A stretch of DNA of 8,453 bases from assembly GCA_000004985.1 (NCBI GenBank), contig GG739068.1; one strand, written 5' to 3'. Positions 1 to 7,734 of the stretch are shown in pieces. Source of the DNA: Naegleria gruberi (lineage: Eukaryota). How positions within the stretch are numbered: position 1 is the first letter of the stretch; each line of letters opens with the position of its first letter. Made by a program: the position numbers and the translations under genes. The notes beneath the pieces were generated by a model. That model worked only from the letters and a program-made list of their open reading frames with translations, had not been told where the DNA came from and made no database searches.

Positions 1-897
1 CACACCAGTAACTGTACTGGAAGTTAAATTCAATCCAGCAACAAACAATAATTGATTCACAACTGCCAAAGCTCCACACCAAGCCAATTGTTTTGATTGT
101 TTGAAACTTGGCAATCTGGCCAAAACAAACGAAGGTATCACTGCCTTATCATTATAGAATATAGAATAAATCCATCCCCAATATTTGCTTCCATAAATAG
201 ATGGATACTTTTTCCTAAATGCAAATGCTCGATTAATAAGTTTAGTTTCTGATTTAAATTTGAATTTTCTATCCACAAATAACATGATTGGAAAGAGTGA
301 AATAACCAAAACAACTCCTCTAAAGAAGGAAAATATAATTGGATTATAAATCTTCAAGCCATAGGGCGAGAGAATGAGAAATCCAGAAAATAATGTCAAA
401 TTGGTCCAAATCATCAAGTGTGCAATAACATTACCAGTTAGGAAATTCCAAATTCTTAATGGAATTGAAGTTGGTTTCTTATTGTTCCCTCCAACAACAC
501 CATTTTCAATATTATTATTATCCATTATATTATCTTGTTCTTCATCAATACTCATTGAATCGATTGTCGGGCCAGAATGTATAGAGGCTAACAAATCATG
601 ATGAGCAAAACCCGACGGTGAAGAAGGTGAAATTATTTGACTATTTCCTTCATCATTATTAATACCAATAGTACTACCATTATTATTACTATTAATATTA
701 TAACCGTCGTTACTCGAATGAAATGGGAAACTCGATGAAAAAGAGTGAGGTAAATGATCATTTTCCAACTCTCCATTATCCACCTCCTCTTCTTCTAATA
801 AATTAACATTACTACTCGTATAGTAAATTTCCTCATCCAATTCTTCTGCTTCTTCATAATTCATCAACCTCCGAATATTCTTCTTTTGTTGCTGCAT
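1..897 (-). CDS. Partial CDS for a predicted multi-pass membrane protein with an acidic, Asn/Ser-rich low-complexity N-terminus. It holds the N-terminal 299 codons, and the ORF continues past the window start. Protein family unassigned.
   Basis: I translated the reverse complement in 60-nt blocks. It reads as one continuous open frame from the ATG at 897-895 to position 1, with no stop codons. The first Met follows an in-frame TAA at 906-904. The translation begins MQQQKKNIRRLMNYEEAEELDEEIYYTSSNVNLLEEEEVDNGELENDHLPHSFSSSFPFHSSNDGYNINSNNNGSTIGINNDEGNSQIISPSSPSGFAHHDLLASIHSGPTIDSMSIDEEQDNIMDNNNIENGVVGGNNKKPTSIPLRIWNFLTGNVIAHLMIWTNLTLFSGFLILSPYGLKIYNPIIFSFFRGVVLVISLFPIMLFVDRKFKFKSETKLINRAFAFRKKYPSIYGSKYWGWIYSIFYNDKAVIPSFVLARLPSFKQSKQLAWCGALAVVNQLLFVAGLNLTSSTVTGV. 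Residues 1-145 are hydrophilic and low-complexity. They are followed by at least two clear hydrophobic helices (about aa 152-176, nt 370-444; and aa 185-208, nt 274-345), then a basic loop (DRKFKFKSETKLINRAFAFRKK) and further hydrophobic segments. Purely by chance, a 299-codon open frame is very unlikely in AT-rich DNA. The ORF is missing from the supplied track, probably because it runs off the window edge. I found no recognisable family motif by eye. Confidence 0.7.
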   Translation of the reverse strand, partial: MQQQKKNIRRLMNYEEAEELDEEIYYTSSNVNLLEEEEVDNGELENDHLPHSFSSSFPFHSSNDGYNINSNNNGSTIGINNDEGNSQIISPSSPSGFAHHDLLASIHSGPTIDSMSIDEEQDNIMDNNNIENGVVGGNNKKPTSIPLRIWNFLTGNVIAHLMIWTNLTLFSGFLILSPYGLKIYNPIIFSFFRGVVLVISLFPIMLFVDRKFKFKSETKLINRAFAFRKKYPSIYGSKYWGWIYSIFYNDKAVIPSFVLARLPSFKQSKQLAWCGALAVVNQLLFVAGLNLTSSTVTGV

Positions 898-1219
898 CAA
901 GTAGTTATTATTATTTAATTATTTAACTATCCAATTCACCACAGATTTTGTGAGAGCCAATTATGTCTCGAGTCGAGGCAATTTAGGTGAATTTTTTGAA
1001 CAAGACAAATTGAGGACTCCTTTGAATTTCCTCTACCGGACCAATATAATATTGCGTCCTTCATTATTCTTAAAGAATATTCATAGTGGAGTCCATTAGT
1101 ATGCAATTTTGGCTTCGATTCTGGGAGGTGGAAGTGAAATATTTTTTTCAAACTTGATTATACCTTAGTGCAAAGCTGTAGAACCGATTGAGAGAGTTGG
1201 TAAATGGAAACGGGTAAAT

Positions 1220-1251
1220 GTCATACGATCGTACATTTACTTTCGTATGAC
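1220..1251. repeat. Inverted repeat (hairpin) in the 5' flank of the minus-strand gene
   Basis: gtcatacga (1220-1228) pairs with tcgtatgac (1243-1251) as an exact 9-bp inverted repeat around a 14-nt loop. Nested inside is a perfect 10-bp palindrome, tacgatcgta (1224-1233). Read directly from the sequence, about 320 nt upstream of the ATG at 897. Confidence 0.6.
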
Positions 1252-1606
1252 TAGATTGACCTGGAATATTCGAAACTGTTAAATAACCAAACAATTTAGC
1301 AGATCTACAGTAGTCAGGAGTGAGGCAAAGAGATTAAATAAAGTAGAACGAAATATTAAAAAACAACCCTTACTGAAAAAAGTAAGGAAACAAAAACCAA
1401 TCATGGCCTTTGAATATTTTCTTGTCATCCTAGAAATGAACAATTGCAACTTTCGAGGAGATTAAAACAGCAGATATCAGGTTAACAAATCCTCATGTCA
1501 AAGGGCCAAACGTCACATCGGCATCAGCTGTCCATAAAATAAAATTTAATTAAAAAAAAGAAGCCCAACAATAATATTAAAACGCGTTGTACTCCGTGTG
1601 TGTCTG

Positions 1607-1642
1607 CAACAACAACATCATCATTAACAACAACAATAACAA
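1607..1642. repeat. Trinucleotide-periodic simple sequence, (CAA/CAT/AAT)n
   Basis: The tract is caacaacaacatcatcattaacaacaacaataacaa, 60 nt from the left gap edge. In the plus frame that opens at ATG 1587 it reads NNNIIINNNNNN (MYSVCVCNNNIIINNNNNNLWTIC...). This may be either a low-complexity coding start or a non-coding microsatellite. Confidence 0.8.
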
Positions 1643-1701
1643 TTTGTGGACAATTTGTGTGATCAACACATTGAAGAAAACATTGCGCGCCTTTTTTGCA
1701 A

Positions 1702-4700
1702 NNNNNNNNNNNNNNNNNNNNNNNNNNNNNNNNNNNNNNNNNNNNNNNNNNNNNNNNNNNNNNNNNNNNNNNNNNNNNNNNNNNNNNNNNNNNNNNNNNN
1801 NNNNNNNNNNNNNNNNNNNNNNNNNNNNNNNNNNNNNNNNNNNNNNNNNNNNNNNNNNNNNNNNNNNNNNNNNNNNNNNNNNNNNNNNNNNNNNNNNNNN
1901 NNNNNNNNNNNNNNNNNNNNNNNNNNNNNNNNNNNNNNNNNNNNNNNNNNNNNNNNNNNNNNNNNNNNNNNNNNNNNNNNNNNNNNNNNNNNNNNNNNNN
2001 NNNNNNNNNNNNNNNNNNNNNNNNNNNNNNNNNNNNNNNNNNNNNNNNNNNNNNNNNNNNNNNNNNNNNNNNNNNNNNNNNNNNNNNNNNNNNNNNNNNN
2101 NNNNNNNNNNNNNNNNNNNNNNNNNNNNNNNNNNNNNNNNNNNNNNNNNNNNNNNNNNNNNNNNNNNNNNNNNNNNNNNNNNNNNNNNNNNNNNNNNNNN
2201 NNNNNNNNNNNNNNNNNNNNNNNNNNNNNNNNNNNNNNNNNNNNNNNNNNNNNNNNNNNNNNNNNNNNNNNNNNNNNNNNNNNNNNNNNNNNNNNNNNNN
2301 NNNNNNNNNNNNNNNNNNNNNNNNNNNNNNNNNNNNNNNNNNNNNNNNNNNNNNNNNNNNNNNNNNNNNNNNNNNNNNNNNNNNNNNNNNNNNNNNNNNN
2401 NNNNNNNNNNNNNNNNNNNNNNNNNNNNNNNNNNNNNNNNNNNNNNNNNNNNNNNNNNNNNNNNNNNNNNNNNNNNNNNNNNNNNNNNNNNNNNNNNNNN
2501 NNNNNNNNNNNNNNNNNNNNNNNNNNNNNNNNNNNNNNNNNNNNNNNNNNNNNNNNNNNNNNNNNNNNNNNNNNNNNNNNNNNNNNNNNNNNNNNNNNNN
2601 NNNNNNNNNNNNNNNNNNNNNNNNNNNNNNNNNNNNNNNNNNNNNNNNNNNNNNNNNNNNNNNNNNNNNNNNNNNNNNNNNNNNNNNNNNNNNNNNNNNN
2701 NNNNNNNNNNNNNNNNNNNNNNNNNNNNNNNNNNNNNNNNNNNNNNNNNNNNNNNNNNNNNNNNNNNNNNNNNNNNNNNNNNNNNNNNNNNNNNNNNNNN
2801 NNNNNNNNNNNNNNNNNNNNNNNNNNNNNNNNNNNNNNNNNNNNNNNNNNNNNNNNNNNNNNNNNNNNNNNNNNNNNNNNNNNNNNNNNNNNNNNNNNNN
2901 NNNNNNNNNNNNNNNNNNNNNNNNNNNNNNNNNNNNNNNNNNNNNNNNNNNNNNNNNNNNNNNNNNNNNNNNNNNNNNNNNNNNNNNNNNNNNNNNNNNN
3001 NNNNNNNNNNNNNNNNNNNNNNNNNNNNNNNNNNNNNNNNNNNNNNNNNNNNNNNNNNNNNNNNNNNNNNNNNNNNNNNNNNNNNNNNNNNNNNNNNNNN
3101 NNNNNNNNNNNNNNNNNNNNNNNNNNNNNNNNNNNNNNNNNNNNNNNNNNNNNNNNNNNNNNNNNNNNNNNNNNNNNNNNNNNNNNNNNNNNNNNNNNNN
3201 NNNNNNNNNNNNNNNNNNNNNNNNNNNNNNNNNNNNNNNNNNNNNNNNNNNNNNNNNNNNNNNNNNNNNNNNNNNNNNNNNNNNNNNNNNNNNNNNNNNN
3301 NNNNNNNNNNNNNNNNNNNNNNNNNNNNNNNNNNNNNNNNNNNNNNNNNNNNNNNNNNNNNNNNNNNNNNNNNNNNNNNNNNNNNNNNNNNNNNNNNNNN
3401 NNNNNNNNNNNNNNNNNNNNNNNNNNNNNNNNNNNNNNNNNNNNNNNNNNNNNNNNNNNNNNNNNNNNNNNNNNNNNNNNNNNNNNNNNNNNNNNNNNNN
3501 NNNNNNNNNNNNNNNNNNNNNNNNNNNNNNNNNNNNNNNNNNNNNNNNNNNNNNNNNNNNNNNNNNNNNNNNNNNNNNNNNNNNNNNNNNNNNNNNNNNN
3601 NNNNNNNNNNNNNNNNNNNNNNNNNNNNNNNNNNNNNNNNNNNNNNNNNNNNNNNNNNNNNNNNNNNNNNNNNNNNNNNNNNNNNNNNNNNNNNNNNNNN
3701 NNNNNNNNNNNNNNNNNNNNNNNNNNNNNNNNNNNNNNNNNNNNNNNNNNNNNNNNNNNNNNNNNNNNNNNNNNNNNNNNNNNNNNNNNNNNNNNNNNNN
3801 NNNNNNNNNNNNNNNNNNNNNNNNNNNNNNNNNNNNNNNNNNNNNNNNNNNNNNNNNNNNNNNNNNNNNNNNNNNNNNNNNNNNNNNNNNNNNNNNNNNN
3901 NNNNNNNNNNNNNNNNNNNNNNNNNNNNNNNNNNNNNNNNNNNNNNNNNNNNNNNNNNNNNNNNNNNNNNNNNNNNNNNNNNNNNNNNNNNNNNNNNNNN
4001 NNNNNNNNNNNNNNNNNNNNNNNNNNNNNNNNNNNNNNNNNNNNNNNNNNNNNNNNNNNNNNNNNNNNNNNNNNNNNNNNNNNNNNNNNNNNNNNNNNNN
4101 NNNNNNNNNNNNNNNNNNNNNNNNNNNNNNNNNNNNNNNNNNNNNNNNNNNNNNNNNNNNNNNNNNNNNNNNNNNNNNNNNNNNNNNNNNNNNNNNNNNN
4201 NNNNNNNNNNNNNNNNNNNNNNNNNNNNNNNNNNNNNNNNNNNNNNNNNNNNNNNNNNNNNNNNNNNNNNNNNNNNNNNNNNNNNNNNNNNNNNNNNNNN
4301 NNNNNNNNNNNNNNNNNNNNNNNNNNNNNNNNNNNNNNNNNNNNNNNNNNNNNNNNNNNNNNNNNNNNNNNNNNNNNNNNNNNNNNNNNNNNNNNNNNNN
4401 NNNNNNNNNNNNNNNNNNNNNNNNNNNNNNNNNNNNNNNNNNNNNNNNNNNNNNNNNNNNNNNNNNNNNNNNNNNNNNNNNNNNNNNNNNNNNNNNNNNN
4501 NNNNNNNNNNNNNNNNNNNNNNNNNNNNNNNNNNNNNNNNNNNNNNNNNNNNNNNNNNNNNNNNNNNNNNNNNNNNNNNNNNNNNNNNNNNNNNNNNNNN
4601 NNNNNNNNNNNNNNNNNNNNNNNNNNNNNNNNNNNNNNNNNNNNNNNNNNNNNNNNNNNNNNNNNNNNNNNNNNNNNNNNNNNNNNNNNNNNNNNNNNNN

Positions 4701-6497
4701 NNNNNNNNNNNNNNNNNNNNNNNNNNNNNNNNNNNNNNNNNNNNNNNNNNNNNNNNNNNNNNNNNNNNNNNNNNNNNNNNNNNNNNNNNNNNNNNNNNNN
4801 NNNNNNNNNNNNNNNNNNNNNNNNNNNNNNNNNNNNNNNNNNNNNNNNNNNNNNNNNNNNNNNNNNNNNNNNNNNNNNNNNNNNNNNNNNNNNNNNNNNN
4901 NNNNNNNNNNNNNNNNNNNNNNNNNNNNNNNNNNNNNNNNNNNNNNNNNNNNNNNNNNNNNNNNNNNNNNNNNNNNNNNNNNNNNNNNNNNNNNNNNNNN
5001 NNNNNNNNNNNNNNNNNNNNNNNNNNNNNNNNNNNNNNNNNNNNNNNNNNNNNNNNNNNNNNNNNNNNNNNNNNNNNNNNNNNNNNNNNNNNNNNNNNNN
5101 NNNNNNNNNNNNNNNNNNNNNNNNNNNNNNNNNNNNNNNNNNNNNNNNNNNNNNNNNNNNNNNNNNNNNNNNNNNNNNNNNNNNNNNNNNNNNNNNNNNN
5201 NNNNNNNNNNNNNNNNNNNNNNNNNNNNNNNNNNNNNNNNNNNNNNNNNNNNNNNNNNNNNNNNNNNNNNNNNNNNNNNNNNNNNNNNNNNNNNNNNNNN
5301 NNNNNNNNNNNNNNNNNNNNNNNNNNNNNNNNNNNNNNNNNNNNNNNNNNNNNNNNNNNNNNNNNNNNNNNNNNNNNNNNNNNNNNNNNNNNNNNNNNNN
5401 NNNNNNNNNNNNNNNNNNNNNNNNNNNNNNNNNNNNNNNNNNNNNNNNNNNNNNNNNNNNNNNNNNNNNNNNNNNNNNNNNNNNNNNNNNNNNNNNNNNN
5501 NNNNNNNNNNNNNNNNNNNNNNNNNNNNNNNNNNNNNNNNNNNNNNNNNNNNNNNNNNNNNNNNNNNNNNNNNNNNNNNNNNNNNNNNNNNNNNNNNNNN
5601 NNNNNNNNNNNNNNNNNNNNNNNNNNNNNNNNNNNNNNNNNNNNNNNNNNNNNNNNNNNNNNNNNNNNNNNNNNNNNNNNNNNNNNNNNNNNNNNNNNNN
5701 NNNNNNNNNNNNNNNNNNNNNNNNNNNNNNNNNNNNNNNNNNNNNNNNNNNNNNNNNNNNNNNNNNNNNNNNNNNNNNNNNNNNNNNNNNNNNNNNNNNN
5801 NNNNNNNNNNNNNNNNNNNNNNNNNNNNNNNNNNNNNNNNNNNNNNNNNNNNNNNNNNNNNNNNNNNNNNNNNNNNNNNNNNNNNNNNNNNNNNNNNNNN
5901 NNNNNNNNNNNNNNNNNNNNNNNNNNNNNNNNNNNNNNNNNNNNNNNNNNNNNNNNNNNNNNNNNNNNNNNNNNNNNNNNNNNNNNNNNNNNNNNNNNNN
6001 NNNNNNNNNNNNNNNNNNNNNNNNNNNNNNNNNNNNNNNNNNNNNNNNNNNNNNNNNNNNNNNNNNNNNNNNNNNNNNNNNNNNNNNNNNNNNNNNNNNN
6101 NNNNNNNNNNNNNNNNNNNNNNNNNNNNNNNNNNNNNNNNNNNNNNNNNNNNNNNNNNNNNNNNNNNNNNNNNNNNNNNNNNNNNNNNNNNNNNNNNNNN
6201 NNNNNNNNNNNNNNNNNNNNNNNNNNNNNNNNNNNNNNNNNNNNNNNNNNNNNNNNNNNNNNNNNNNNNNNNNNNNNNNNNNNNNNNNNNNNNNNNNNNN
6301 NNNNNNNNNNNNNNNNNNNNNNNNNNNNNNNNNNNNNNNNNNNNNNNNNNNNNNNNNNNNNNNNNNNNNNNNNNNNNNNNNNNNNNNNNNNNNNNNNNNN
6401 NNNNNNNNNNNNNNNNNNNNNNNNNNNNNNNNNNNNNNNNNNNNNNNNNNNNNNNNNNNNNNNNNNNNNNNNNNNNNNNNNNNNNNNNNNNNNNNNN
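1702..6497. other. Assembly gap (4796 consecutive N)
   Basis: The N run spans 1702-6497 without interruption. It is 56.7% of the window. No biological inference is possible inside it. Confidence 0.99.
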
Positions 6498-6686
6498 AAG
6501 TCTAAATCAAGATATCATCCAATTATCGCAGTTGACTATTCAACATGGCGATCAAGTAATAGTGTTGAAATTTGTGAGCTTTCCGAGAGAACTGCTCAGA
6601 TCTTACATGTTTGCACATCAATTTTGAAACCAATAACAGAGCTTGACGGATCAGAAAAGCAATTATTCAAGATTATTATCGAATGA
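6498..6686 (+). CDS. Probable C-terminal coding fragment of a gene whose body lies in the gap. Stop is TGA at 6684-6686. The frame upstream of 6600 is ambiguous, and a 44-nt intron at 6556-6599 is possible.
   Basis: Frame 0 is open for 62 codons from the gap edge to TGA 6684-6686 (KSKSRYHPIIAVDYSTWRSSNSVEICELSERTAQILHVCTSILKPITELDGSEKQLFKIIIE*). Frame 1 is also open for 42 codons, reading SLNQDIIQLSQLTIQHGDQ and continuing to TGA 6625-6627. A GTAATA donor at 6556 and a ctgctcAG acceptor at 6598-6599 would join frame 1 (ending on codon CAA 6553-6555) to frame 0 (starting ATC 6600) exactly in phase. Either reading ends at the TGA at 6686. I could not identify a family. Confidence 0.4.
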   Translation, partial: KSKSRYHPIIAVDYSTWRSSNSVEICELSERTAQILHVCTSILKPITELDGSEKQLFKIIIE

Positions 6687-6744
6687 ATGGGCAAAGTATT
6701 GAGAGAAATAAGAGCAAGCTTACCAAGTACAAGAATGTTTTTAG

Positions 6745-6906
6745 AACAATCAAGAGCAAAGCAAAAGCAAATTGGAGGGTGAGAATTCAAATGGTGAATC
6801 CACTGCAAGTGTAGTTGAAGAGATCCCTAGGAAGAAATCGAAGAAGGGTGATAATGATGTATCAAAGGAGAATGAAAAGAATAACAGTACTTCTGATTCT
6901 GATTAA
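6745..6906 (+). CDS. Candidate terminal coding exon encoding a Lys/Glu/Asp/Ser-rich C-terminal tail, ending at TAA 6904-6906
   Basis: A 53-codon open frame (NNQEQSKSKLEGENSNGESTASVVEEIPRKKSKKGDNDVSKENEKNNSTSDSD*) begins immediately after an acceptor-like gtttttAG at 6739-6744 and ends at TAA. AATAAA lies 33 nt downstream. The frame has no ATG, so it is absent from the ORF track. Possible upstream partners are ATGGGCAAA|gtattg (6687-6695, 49-nt intron, in phase) or a weak donor CAT|gtttgc at 6609 (136-nt intron, in phase with frame 0). Alternatively, this region is simply the 3' UTR of the gene ending at 6686. Confidence 0.3.
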   Translation, partial: NNQEQSKSKLEGENSNGESTASVVEEIPRKKSKKGDNDVSKENEKNNSTSDSD

Positions 6907-6938
6907 TTATTGTAAACAATCCTTTCGGAATTTAATTT

Positions 6939-6944
6939 AATAAA
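6939..6944 (+). terminator. Polyadenylation signal AATAAA
   Basis: A canonical AATAAA hexamer sits 33 nt after TAA 6904-6906 and about 253 nt after TGA 6684-6686. An A-rich run follows (taaaaaaaatggg). It is consistent with the 3' end of a plus-strand gene. Confidence 0.4.
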
Positions 6945-7045
6945 AAAAATGGGACACATTTTAACTTCCTTGCAACAATTTCGGTTAGTTGTTTTATTTG
7001 TATTGGTAATTGTTATTATGTAAAATTGAATGTGAAGAGAGCCCA

Positions 7046-7420
7046 AAGTAATGGTAATTTGTTATTTAATTTATTTATGTAGGTTGATTTGATGAAGATT
7101 TTAATGCAATAGGTGAGTCGGAGTACTACAATAATTTAATGGTAATTTGTTTAATTTATTTACAATTATTCAATTTAAATACAATAATATTAATTGATAT
7201 TCAACAATTTAATTAATCAGCAATGGTATTTGCAGAGGTTGATTTGATGAAGATTTTAATTCAATCGGGTGAGTCACGAGTATTACAATAATTTAATGGT
7301 AATTTGTTTAATTTATTTAATTTATTTAATTTATTTACAGTTATTCAATTTATTTACAGTTATTCAATTTAAATGCAATAGATTTATTGGATAATGATGA
7401 ATAATTTAATGGTAAGTAGC
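7046..7420. repeat. Degenerate tandem duplication with a ~155-bp unit and about 2.5 copies, plus internal micro-expansions
   Basis: Copy A spans 7081-7190 and copy B spans 7236-7380. Both begin aggttgatttgatgaagattttaat[g/t]caat[a/c]gggtgagtc and continue tacaataatttaatggtaatttgtttaatttattta...ttattcaatttaaat[a/g]caata. A partial copy lies upstream at 7046-7080 (agtaatggtaatttgttatttaatttatttatgt). A partial downstream echo, ataatttaatggtaa, lies at 7401-7415. Copy B carries an extra 3x aatttattta and a duplicated cagttattcaatttattta. All of this was aligned by eye. Confidence 0.75.
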
Positions 7421-7581
7421 TTGTTGGTGTTTCATTTCTGATGAATTAGATGAGAGGAAGTGAACGCTTTTAGTTGGAAGCAGGAAGTGAGTGAGTATAT
7501 TTTTTTCATATGGATTTAGTCGGAATTTCGGAACTTGGATTGACGACAACTCGACTTGGAATTTTATTAGAGTTGTGTGTA

Positions 7582-7609
7582 AATCATTAACAGTTTTTCG
7601 TTAATGATT
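7582..7609. repeat. Perfect 10-bp inverted repeat (hairpin)
   Basis: aatcattaac (7582-7591) pairs with gttaatgatt (7600-7609) as exact reverse complements around an 8-nt loop, agtttttc. Confidence 0.7.
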
Positions 7610-7640
7610 GATGACAATTATGAGTCAAATTTTATTGTGA

Positions 7641-7734
7641 AATATTGACGATTTTTCGCTAATGATTAACGTTTTTTGATAACAATTTTTCAATAATATT
7701 TAACGTTAAACATTATTGAAAAATCGTCAATAAT
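7641..7734. repeat. Imperfect ~94-bp palindrome (foldback or MITE-like element) sharing the TAATGATTAACG core
   Basis: The left arm is aatattgacgatttttcgctaatgattaacgtt (7641-7673). Its reverse complement matches the right arm, aacgttaaacattattgaaaaatcgtcaataat (7702-7734), at about 29 of 33 positions. The spacer is 28 nt and AT-rich. The core c[g/c]taatgatt[a/g]a also occurs in the neighbouring hairpin (7599-7609). Related fragments occur at 7751-7760 and 7822-7842. Confidence 0.65.

Noticed and set aside
374-601. 75-aa plus-strand ORF
   Set aside because: It lies entirely antisense to the well-supported minus-strand CDS at 1-897, so it is a shadow ORF, and its peptide is unremarkable.
936-1151. 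71-aa minus-strand ORF just upstream of the main ATG
   Set aside because: It is in a different frame from the 1-897 CDS, 254 nt upstream of that ATG. It has an odd composition with no hydrophobic or low-complexity character matching the neighbouring gene, and there is no supporting splice geometry. It may be a chance ORF or a uORF, but I cannot support it.
1379-1398. Minus-strand ttttttcag acceptor-like motif inside the small hairpin, as a possible trans-splice or 5'-UTR acceptor for the 1-897 gene
   Set aside because: It is 486 nt upstream of the ATG, far longer than typical nematode trans-spliced 5' UTRs. There is no supporting donor or expression evidence, so I did not treat it as a feature.
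1587-6686. Three very long plus-strand ORFs in the supplied track (1587-6686, 1646-6505, 1696-6627; 1619-1699 aa)
   Set aside because: More than 95% of each is X translated from the 4796-nt N gap. They are artefacts. Only their short real ends were considered, and those are covered above.
6596-6808. 70-aa minus-strand ORF
   Set aside because: It overlaps the plus-strand coding fragment and candidate exon on the opposite strand. Its Cys/Ile-rich peptide, with a start embedded in the plus-strand exon, looks like a chance antisense ORF.
7440-7500. GA-rich segment with repeated gaagtga and ggaagtgagtgagt
   Set aside because: It is a short purine-rich low-complexity stretch between the tandem array and the palindrome cluster, with no coding frame or structure I can support.
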